A stretch of 62,579 nt of DNA, the filler included, from Choristocarpus tenellus KU-1152 (Eukaryota; Protista; Phaeophyceae): assembly GCA_964200185.2 (NCBI GenBank). It is 12 parts of 12 records of this genome, joined end to end, with 100 filler letters (N's around TTAATTAATTAA, not from the genome) between each part and the next. Parts side by side here need not be neighbours in the genome. Positions count along the whole stretch, not along the records: positions 49,883 to 54,403 come from CAXNAD020014175.1; positions 54,504 to 59,931 come from CAXNAD020010812.1; positions 60,032 to 62,579 come from CAXNAD020026872.1; 9 more parts are not named here. One strand, 5' to 3'. Made by a program: the position numbers and the translations under genes. The notes under the pieces were generated by a model. It saw only the letters and a program-made list of their open reading frames with translations, was not told the DNA's origin and ran no database searches. Below are positions 53,001-62,579 of the stretch, piece after piece. The stretch's first letter is position 1; every line of letters begins with the position of its first letter.

Positions 53001-53869
53001 TAAAACGATCGCTATCCCCCCTTACGACACGCGATGGTAATTAAGTGCAGCAGTTGATGGAGAGGTGATGGGAATGCAACAGGATCCTGAAGCATAAAGA
53101 ATGCAATATGTTTATTCCATGGTGGTTGAGAGCTTGCAGCTGTACTTCCTCAACCTCGAGGAATCCATTGGATACGGAGGGTTCCACTCCACCTGTAGAC
53201 AGATCTGAAACATGGCATCATCATCTAAGTCCCTCTGCTTTGGATCTACTGAAGATTCATCACGACTCAACCGCCCAAAATGTTCAGATGGTACCCACAT
53301 TCCCCTCATTGTTGACACGTAGGGGAGCATTTAGTCCCTCCAGGGGTGAGTAAAAGGATGCCTCAGAGGGTACGTAGGTAGGTATCTCCGGTGTGGCCAC
53401 CATGTGAAGTCCATTTTTGTTCGCGCGAGAGGTTGACCTCGGGCCAATGAGATTTGAGGCCGTAGGCAAAGGTCCGACAAAGGCCTGACCCACTTCAAAA
53501 AAAACAAACATGACAAAAGGAGGGCGATGAGAAACACTTAGAAACGAGGTGAGTTCTTTCTGATGGTTCTGTGAATGGTAGGGAGTTCTCAGGCAAGTAA
53601 GGTCACTCAGAACTTCAGGAAGTGTAAAACGGGCACATATACTTCATTTTACCTCACTGAATACAACAATCAGGTATGGCTCCTAAAGTGGCAACAATGA
53701 TGGGTTGAACGATTGTCATCCGCACAAGATCTGAGGGGTTGAGAGTCGATGCTTTATATCAACACTACTCAGGGCGATAGGGTACCTGCAATAAGTTCAT
53801 TTGCGTACCTGGTGCAATCACCGCCAAAATCAACGTGGGAAGGATGACAGGTGTGTGGTAGTTCAACAT
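50015..53869 (-). CDS. hemB: Plastid delta-aminolevulinic acid dehydratase (porphobilinogen synthase), 5' part. Exons 53809-53869, 53299-53492, 52632-52754, 51342-51461, 50015-50227
   Basis: Signal peptide MLNYHTPVILPTLILAVIAPVGQA-F; RPRRNRK..VRSMVRE..FIYPLFIHE; SMPGC; Asp-rich Mg-type site TDVALDPYSDQGHDG; ILNDET. Confidence 0.96.
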
Positions 53870-54155
53870 TTTCACCTGAAGTCTGTTCCAAAGTGTATGA
53901 ATAGGATGAAAGATGGGGTGAGAATATCAGCTACATGAAATTATGCACCAAGTTGATATATATATACGAGTTATTGCATAGAGTAGTATTGATACAGTAA
54001 ATCCTAGGAAATTCTAAATATTCAATGTAGTGACTGGTGTGTGAATAATTCCCCCCAATCGAATGTGTACTCGGGTTCGAACCCCGGTTGCAGTCTGATT
54101 TTCAATACAGGAGTTTAATTACGATGTAGCAACTGCTTCCTGCCATGTGCATGTG

Positions 54156-54210
54156 CCTTGAGAAGGTACACCGCCTTGAGAAGGTACACCGCCTTGAGAA
54201 GGTACACCCC
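54156..54210 (+). repeat. 18-bp tandem repeat, three units, upstream of hemB
   Basis: ccttgagaaggtacaccg repeated. Confidence 0.9.
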
Positions 54211-55253
54211 AACTTTACCCTCTTCAAGTATACAACAAAAAAAGAGGAAGATCTGGATCGTGGTAGAGAAATTAAATGTGGATGGAAGAAACAGTGGATT
54301 TTCAAAATTGAGGATGGAGCGGGACTATGAGGATGGTTTGCTTTGCTCACGAATTCTGTATTATTATTATTATTTGCACATTCCTATTTTCTTATTCCTC
54401 TATNNNNNNNNNNNNNNNNNNNNNNNNNNNNNNNNNNNNNNNNNNNNTTAATTAATTAANNNNNNNNNNNNNNNNNNNNNNNNNNNNNNNNNNNNNNNNN
54501 NNNAGTAGAGGGGGGGGGGGGAAGATGGTGAGATAGTCATTAAGGGTATTTTATTGCAGATGCAAGAAGAGTAGCAGTTGGCCAAAACTAGAATCAGATA
54601 AGAGGAAGGATCAGTACGCTGTTGAGCAGATGGGAGGCAATAAAATATTGAAAGTAAAATTGAGTGAATGGGAGAATGTAATACAAGGTTGATTGATAGG
54701 CGATTGATTACCACACGATTTCAATGCATGATGAAATTATGCTCCACATTTGACAAATATTGTGGAGTAGAAAAACAGGCAACATACAATCATGCTCAGA
54801 CCACTTGGTCAGAGAGGAAATACAACAAGAGACCAGGAAAAAAATATTATGCATGTGACAAAGAGCAAAGATGCAGAATGTAACAGTGCAAAAAAATGCT
54901 GAAAGGAGAGAGGACGAAGGAGATCAATGCACAATTGCACAAATACAGCGAAAAAGTGAGGTGTAGCCAAGGTTCCATTTATTTTTCAAACACAACCCCT
55001 CAACCCACAAATACTCATTTTCCCACAACAATCGTCCCCTTCAACAGAACCAATCACACTTGCTACAGAGAACAAAAATTTGAGCATGGAAGTTAAGCAC
55101 AACACGGACAAAATATAAACCGTAACAAAACAAAACAAAACAAAACAAAAGTACTGATTTTCGCACCTACTATACAGCAGACTTACCACCATTCAATTGG
55201 ACTCAAAAACGGAAATCACAACCAAAGTAGCTGTGTTGTTGTAGATCAATATC

Positions 55254-58116
55254 TCACCCAGAGGAGTCTTGTGTGCTCCCATCACATAATGAGCCCACGG
55301 AAGACATACTCTCTGCAGTCGTGCCACCTCCCATGCTGTCCTTGGTGCTACCATTGGACTGCGTGTCCTCACCACTGCTGCTGTCCTTACCACATTGCCT
55401 TCCTCTCTTACTGCTGGCACGCACAGCTGCTGCTTCCGCCTTCGATCTCCGCTTCAACTCCTTTTCTGACGGTGCGCACACACTGATAACCTTTTCTTCA
55501 CTTCCACTGCCCACAACAACAGTGGTGGTGCCACTACCAGCTTCCTCTGATTTAGTCAACATGCCGCTAGTGGTGCCAATCATGGGTGTGATTAAGGACG
55601 ATGTTAACAGTGTTGAGGCTGTTGCCTGCGCAGACAATGAAGGAGGCAAAACTATGCCCACACTGCTGCCCCCAATCACTCCCCCCACACTCCTGGGCAT
55701 GCCAGCAGCATTTGGAACCCCGAGTGATTGTGAAAGCTGCTGACACAAAATATCTTCTCTGTTACCACCAGGATCAGGGCCACCTCCTTGGTCCCATCCG
55801 CCACAAGGCATACCCATGGATGGGTTGAAACCACCTGGTTGTAGCACATGTTGTCCCATAGAAGGTGCAAAAGGTGTCCCACTCAAAATATGCTGTGGCA
55901 TGTGGAGCGGTTGTTGTTGTTGCTGCTGCTGCTGCTGATGTGCAACATGATGTGTTCCTGGCTGCACAGTGTGGGAAGGATCTGGGTGTATTCCATGCGC
56001 CCAAACCCCCTGCTGTACAGGGCCCTTGTGCTGGGGCAGTCTGGTTTGCATGGGGGACTGGTGGTAACCTCGCATTTGCTGCTGTACCTGTTCCTGATAT
56101 TGCATGTAGCTACCTGATGGAATTCCCCTTGGTATATGTTGTCTAGGTGGGCCCCAATATGGATTGTGAAACTGCCCAGAAGGGGTCTGCAAATAGGACT
56201 GTGGGCCTATCCCTACCACAGGTGAGGGTGGCTGCAAACCTTGACCCATTCCAAGCGTGTGTCCCTTCTCACTGTCGAAGGGGGATTGACTGTTGTATAC
56301 CCCATGTGCACCACCACTCGACTTAAATGTCCCTGACACTGTGCCCATGTGAGGGGGGATGGGGTAGTGCTGGAGCGGTGTATGGTGTTGTTGTCCATGG
56401 GCATGGAAGGCAGGTTGTGCTGGTAAGTGAACAAGGCCATGGGACCCTGTGTGAGGCAAGTTCATGCCATTCACACAGTAGCTATGCTGCTGCATGACAT
56501 GTTGCCAGTTAGTGGGACCACGTGGGCTATAGCCCTGTCCTGCTGCTGTAGCAGAGGGCATACCTACACCTCCCTGTCGCACCATTGCATCAATAATTGG
56601 GGAGGCGACCATATGCCCTGTATTTAGAAGCCGTGCCTAGAGCAGTAGGAATGAAGGGGGATGATTATAGTTACGAAATATGGAAATATTGTTACACGGT
56701 GGGCAATTAACACCTGCAGAAAGTCAAGTTTTGCAATGCTACGAACACTATCATGGACAAGAAAATGATTGGATCATCACCTTAGATAACCGTGATGTCT
56801 AAATACATACTTCAATATGTACAAAGTCCTTCCATGAATTTGAGTGTGTACGGTTCTGTGAGAAAGAGGCTTCAAACCGAAATTGGCCTGGAGGTATATT
56901 GCGGCCTTGTCTGACATTTGAGCGGATCGGACTATTCATCAACACCAATCAACAGAATTATTCTTCACCTTTCGTTCCTTGCTCTGCTCCAGCTGAGTGC
57001 GGAAGTTGGCCTCCAGCTCCGCTAGTTCTGTATTGGCGCTCTTTATCTCCTCGAACGTTGCAAGAGTTCGTTCACAAGAATGGTAGACGCGCTTCCCAAG
57101 ACAGTTACTCCCCGTGAATTTTTTTGTAATACGCATAGGGTCACACTCGAGCTTCTGCGCGAGATAAGCCCTCAACGTTGTTCCCTCTGGTAATTGTAGT
57201 ACTCCAAGATTGAAGTGGTGGATGATACGAGCAGTGTATGCCTCCTCCTCGTTCTGAGAATGGGAGATGGGTAATGCACTTCAGTCAAGAGTAACAAAAG
57301 GGATTGACTAGCAGAACACGGAAGATCCTTCACAGACGGAATGTTTAGAAATGCATTCATCCCAACCTGTAAACTACAACACTAGCAGTCACAAATTTCT
57401 GCCCAGAACAATGATGCCCCTGCAGACGGCCAAGAATGACCGAGAAAAACGCAAAAGATCAAATTTAAGACTTTGTTGCTGGGAGAATTGAGGCGGTTAT
57501 CCCTTGTGGATAACAACTTGAAAACGAAACTATAGATGCGATCGGACATAGTTCATGCCTGGTTGAGACCTTCAATCAAGCACGAGACCTCAATGTTTCT
57601 CCTTACCGTCCATTTTCCTTTCCGAATTGATCGTGCCGGGCGAACAAGCGCTCCCCTTTGCAGATGAGCTATGGGCGCCGCCACCGGCTGCGAATCTGGA
57701 ACCATCCGTGCGGACTCTAGTACTACTGACTGTGAATTGGTTGTCTGATTGGTCTAGATAAGGTGTGACATCAGTTGATTGTGGTGATCCACAAAGCAGG
57801 AGAAGTGGGAGAGGGTGGTAGCACCATCGTTAGAAGGATGAAAAGAGCCGATGAAAAAGAAGCAGGGATGGTTCCTTTAAAAGAATCGCGACAAGATATG
57901 GTGCTAAGAGGAACTTTGGGGTGGCAATAGGGGGGGAAATACACGCACAGCCCCAAGTCCGCAAATAGAGCCTTCGGTACCAAGTTTTCAGTCTGAGAGG
58001 ACCTGGCAAATAGAACAAGCGCAATCAAATTGTCCCATGTGCATGAGAGACCAGTAAGGAAGCACAGTCACATCATAGTACACACCACAACTCACCTCCA
58101 TTTCTTCTTTGTTCAT
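55254..58116 (-). CDS. Stramenopile-type Myb-like DNA-binding protein with a long Q/H/P/G-rich region. Exons about 58096-58116, 57607-57753, 56969-57253, 55254-56636
   Basis: IRKGKWT-NEEEAYTARIIHHFNLGVLQLPEGTTLRAYLAQKLECDPMRITKKFTGSNCLGKRVY; phase-0 junctions; start and end uncertain. Confidence 0.85.
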
Positions 58117-59107
58117 CTCCTCCTGGCCTTCGATACTCCAATCATAACTTTCCAACGTATGCAGTATGCGTGTGGGTGTGTGAGGTATCCAATCTCTTGA
58201 ACTTGAAGAGGTGGAGTGAGGTCAGTGTGCTGGGAAGATCACTCAGGTGTGTCAGTATGTATTGATGGTCGGTCTATTCACTTCTAATACGCACCGTATA
58301 TACTTCTAAACTACAATTATTAAACCGCAGTTTGCTGAAAAGATGAATTTGTGTTGATTACTTGAGGTGATGTTAGATGACAAGAAACAAGTTCAATCAG
58401 ACTGACGCACTTCAGGAATATATTGAAGGGCAATAGTTTGTAGTGTATTATATATGGTCGAGGTCAAAGTCATGTCATCTTTGTAGGGAAACTTGACTAC
58501 GCATGAAGAACAACATACGCACACGTTATTTACCATTAATAATAAAGCACAAAAAAGTGGAAAACCCGAATGGTACCACAACCTGATTGTTGTGACGTTG
58601 GTGTTACACTAAGAGAATCATGGTTGAACCAAACAAGAGGGGAAAAACGTATGATACGGGTGGAGGAGTGCAATTGGTCGTATTATTAGTGTGTAGTATG
58701 TTATGTGAATTGTATGATTCTGTGGAGGTGTGGTTCGTTCAGGCAGGGGTAGTGAAGAGAATTACCAGGCAAGATGGACCAGATGGACCAAGATCAACCG
58801 TAACAGAGGACGAGACTAGGGTTGGACAAGCGCAAAGGCTGGAGAGAACTGCAGAGGATTCCAGGGTGGCGAGATGGATCATCAGAATGTCAAGACGTGA
58901 TAACCAAGAGAATCTTTGGTGTTTGACATCTCTGGTTGAAGAGATGCTCACTACTTGTACCAGGACTAGTCTCTTGAAAAGATTCCGTGCATCAATCCCA
59001 AGAAAGATACTCCACTGGAATCCAGCATTCCTGAGAACGTACCTCAATTGGTATCATGGCATATGGCATACCAAGATACTGGTATGATGACAGGCAACCT
59101 CGCTTTC

Positions 59108-59287
59108 GACCGAAAATATCTGGGGGGGTGGGGGTGGTCTACACCAGGGTGTCCATTTGGACCATAACCAGGAAATGTGCACTTAAATTATCCATTCAAT
59201 GCATGCAACCAAATGACCCAAATTCCGCGACATGAAAAAATTGACCGCAAATGGACAGCCGGCACCCCCCCTCAGATATTTTGAACC
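59108..59287. mobile_element. MITE family A, complete inverted copy with TTC target-site duplication
   Basis: ttc-GACCGAAAATATCTGGGGG ... CAGATATTTTGAACC-ttc. Confidence 0.88.
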
Positions 59288-59399
59288 TTCCACAAGTAGT
59301 CAAAAGTGATTTTTGAGTTCAATAAATAATAGAGGGTGTACTGCTTCTGACCACAGGTAGGGTCCAGGTAGGGTTGAATAGCTTGCTAGTAGTCCCAGA

Positions 59400-59725
59400 C
59401 TAGAATACAGGATATGAAGGCCCTGAACGAGTATGCCAAAGGCAAACCAGTAAGCGAGCACTTTCGCGTGCTAATGTGTGTTCTTGGTCCTCTCTCTTCG
59501 TATCTTCTTCACTGCAACGCTAGGCATGTCAGTAAAGCAGTTCAACGCCGACATAATAATCTCCAAGGACCTTGTTGCCATCAAGGAAGCTGTGAGAGAC
59601 AAGAAGATCAGAGGGGAGGAGCAACAGGGAGCAAGCAGGGTAACACTTGACCGGCTCCTGTTAGTTATGCTCTATGTTGATGATGTAGGCACTGTGACTA
59701 CAGGTGTAAAAGGTGGAGTGTGATC
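59400..59725 (+). mobile_element. RTE-clade LINE reverse transcriptase fragment
   Basis: CVLGPL, frameshift, then IFFTA..FNADIIISKDLV..VMLYVDDVGTV, matching the brown-algal RTE pattern QGCVLAPLLFNIFF..MLYADDAG. Confidence 0.75.
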
Positions 59726-59758
59726 TGAGCTCCATTTTGTGGTGTTGTGTTAACATGT

Positions 59759-59931
59759 GGCTCAAAGTATCTGGGGGGGGGGCGGCGGCTGTCCATTCGG
59801 GGCCCATTTTTCCATGTCGCGATGTTTGGGTGGATTTGGTTGCATGCATCGGATAAATAATGTAAGTGCACTTCTCCTGGCGAAGGCCCGGATGGACACC
59901 CTGTTGTAGACCCCCCTTTCCCCCCAGATAC
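59759..59931. mobile_element. MITE family A, near-complete, cut by the contig end
   Basis: ggctcaaagtatctgggggggg ... cccccagatac. Confidence 0.88.
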
Positions 59932-60714
59932 NNNNNNNNNNNNNNNNNNNNNNNNNNNNNNNNNNNNNNNNNNNNTTAATTAATTAANNNNNNNNNNNNN
60001 NNNNNNNNNNNNNNNNNNNNNNNNNNNNNNNTTTACATACATATACAAATACATTTGGGGGGGGGGGGGGTTAGTAAGTAGAAATGTAGAGACGGAGTAA
60101 GATTATGTCCAATTACATTGCCACACATCAATTCACATCAAAGCACACAAAAGTGCCAAAAACAGTACCCAAGTCAGGTGGGAGAGGGTTTTCCTAAAGT
60201 AGAGGCTGTATATATATATATATATAAATACATTTTAAAAAAACTGTTACAAATACTACTATTAAGTTGTATTGGCAGAGGGCTAATACAACTCACACTC
60301 AGAGATCATGCTCAGGACTAAGATTGGGATCAACTCACAACAACTTGGAAAAAAACAAAAGGGGGGGGAAGGGGCATCAACAAGAGCCATCAACAAGAGC
60401 CAAGACGGACCTCAATAACAGCAAAAAAATCTATCATGCACATAAAGCAATCATGCACTTGGTGGAAATAGTAGTACACCTCCATCAGACAATCAACAGT
60501 ATCAGTCATATTCTGCAAAACAAAGCAGGAACCTGGATGGGGTTCAACACATAAATCATCTTACCTTCCCCCTGCCCCGCCCCACCCCACCCCACCCCAC
60601 CCGCCCCCCTCACTTGTGCAGCAACACCGCTTACTTCTTGACCCTGATTTCCTCTTTATCCTAAGAGAGGCCCATCAAAAACCCAACACCTAGAAATCAA
60701 CTTCAACGTTATCG

Positions 60715-60750
<36 letters not shown>

Positions 60751-60852
60751 CAATAGTTCCGTTGCATACTTTTTTTTCCCCTCACATATTTCTCCTATTT
60801 TTCTCACTAAAAAAGAAAAAAACTAAACTAAACTAAACTCTCACGCGCCTAC

Positions 60853-60979
60853 CCAATGGTTTGTAGGCGGTTGGTCGAGCAAGAGTCACGGCGGGGGTCT
60901 TCTCCTTGAAGTACAGGTCTTGATGGTCCTTCTGAGCCTTGAGATTGCTAGATCGCTGTTGCAGTACGTCCTTGAAAGT
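60853..60979 (-). CDS. STX5: Internal exon of a syntaxin-5/Sed5-like Qa-SNARE
   Basis: TFKDVLQQRSSNLKAQKDHQDLY matches the FKDVL..R..NLK helix of syntaxin-5; bounded by ctgtag and gtaggc. Confidence 0.7.
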
Positions 60980-61197
60980 CTACAGGTACACTCAGCAGTG
61001 GGCGAGGGAAGGGTGAGGCAAGGCATAAAAATGGCACTAGAGACGCATTACTATATACTAGCAAACCCCACACGCCACGGCACGGACATCCAAGCAAAGG
61101 ATCGATCCACTTCATTAAAAAAAATGTACTCTTGATAAAAAAAAATTCAATATTATTCTTACTCTTTTTTTTTCTGTGCATGAATACATCCCACTCA

Positions 61198-61655
61198 CAC
61201 ACCTGGTAAGTAGATAATATATATAATTGTACACCAATACACCTGGTGAGTACAATATAAAATAGATCTGTATACAGATAGATACATCTGGTAGGTAGAT
61301 AGATAATATATACAATTGTATGCTAATACACTCATGAGAAAATATAAAGTATGTTTTTGTATACAGATGCATCTGGTACGTAGATAATATATACAATTGT
61401 ATGCTAATACAGCTATGAAGTAAATATAAAGTATGTTTGTATAAAGGTAAATCTGGTAAGTAGATAATATATATAATTGTATGCTAATACAGCTATGAAG
61501 TAAATATAAAGTATGTTTGTATAAAGGTAAATCTGGTAAGTAGATAATATATATAATTGTATGCTAATACAGCTATGAAGTAAATATAAAGTATGTTTGT
61601 ATAAAGGTACATCTGGTAAGTAGATAATATATATAATTGTATGCTGATACACCTA
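61198..61655 (+). repeat. AT-rich tandem array of about 80-bp units, 5.5 copies
   Basis: ctggtaagtagataatatatataattgtatgctaatacagctatgaagtaaatataaagtatgtttgtataaagg repeated. Confidence 0.93.
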
Positions 61656-62579
61656 CCAAATAAAAATAAAACTACATGCTATTTCTTGGTTGATAGGATG
61701 GGTGGATGGATAGTTGCGTTGGATGAGTTTTTGCAACTGTTACAAGGGAGAAATAAAAGAAAATTTAAAAAAGAGGGAAGGCATCTTATCTTTCTGCAAA
61801 TAATTTTTCTCAATAAGATTGGCATATGTTGAGGAGGAGTGGACCTCTCATGCTTTGGTAGGGTATTATATAGCATTGTGTCCTCATAAGAACTGAAAAG
61901 ATGTATTATAGTAGTGGTTTAACCAAATCACACAAAACACACCAATACATCATCGCACAAAAAATATATAAATCAAATAATTAAAATTTAGAAATATAAT
62001 AATAAAAACTATATTAAAATAAAATTATAATAAAAAATAAAATGGTACCACGCAATTAAAGAGCAGTAGACACACAAAAAAAAGAAAAAGGAATCGAGAG
62101 TTTTAAAAGTTTTTTTGGGAAGTTTTACAAGTAAGAAAAAAAATCACAACACTTCTCTCTGCCCAATAGACTGATCCCCCCTCCCACAAAGTTTGCGCTA
62201 GCATGTTCCAGCGTGGAATCAGAACACTACAGTGGAATAGAACACCCATCATTGGTTCAACACATTACCCAAAGGCCATTTTATTGGTCTAAAAATTACC
62301 CACCCACCCACGATACTCTTCCACATCACTACCAAGTTATCACTGATCCTACTGTTCAACTACAAGCTACACATTTCACCGTCCAGACACTTTTCATTTA
62401 AAAATATATATATATGAAAAAATATATATATGTATATATATATATATATCCACTCCTACACGAATTATATCCCACTCTTTATCCCAGTCCAAAACCTTAA
62501 AACCAACACAAAATGAAAGTAAACAGCAATCATGTCCAGAAGTAGGAGGCCACTGCCACACTACCAGGCGGGAGGGGGG

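Noticed and set aside
54025-54100. tRNA or SINE suggested by the B-box-like gggttcgaacccc
   Set aside because: No cloverleaf, only a weak A-box, and no second copy in the window
41522-59931. Functional cluster of SET, hemB and Myb-like genes
   Set aside because: They lie on three separate contigs, so adjacency is artificial
1-62579. Fanzor/TnpB, giant-virus or bacterial contaminant genes
   Set aside because: No RuvC-type, capsid or operon-like ORFs recognised; all long ORFs are explained as exons, their antisense shadows, or decayed elements

Overview
This is not a contiguous locus. It is 12 unrelated small contigs joined by 11 artificial 100-nt linkers (N44-TTAATTAATTAA-N44). The DNA is from an intron-rich photosynthetic stramenopile, most likely a brown alga or close relative. 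That is an inference from bipartite plastid-targeting peptides with an A-F cleavage motif, a Mg-type ALAD, a stramenopile-type RKGKWT/CDPMRITKKF protein, TTAGGG repeats and Ectocarpus-like LINE remnants. Spliced host genes, mostly partial: plastid porphobilinogen synthase (hemB/ALAD), a PHD-bromodomain-SET chromatin enzyme, a protein with at least two dsRNA-binding domains, a Myb-like factor, a HAD-like hydrolase, a syntaxin-5 exon, a plastid fibrillin-like protein and several unknown proteins. Mobile DNA: a deleted Ty1/copia element plus a separate LTR of its family, a Ty3/gypsy RT remnant, three 3' fragments of an RLE-type non-LTR retrotransposon, an RTE LINE fragment, plant-type mariner remnants, and nine copies of two related MITE families with 3-bp target-site duplications. 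I found no intact novel multi-gene system. The best leads are a stem-loop repeat array with a conserved core and more variable linkers (39825-40480), a HAD exon whose homology-implied boundaries are both non-canonical, a SET domain lacking the EY tyrosine, the MITE family pair, and a telomeric tract inside a copia RT. Exon boundaries were placed by eye using GT/AG sites and phase consistency. Family assignments come from remembered motifs, not database searches.
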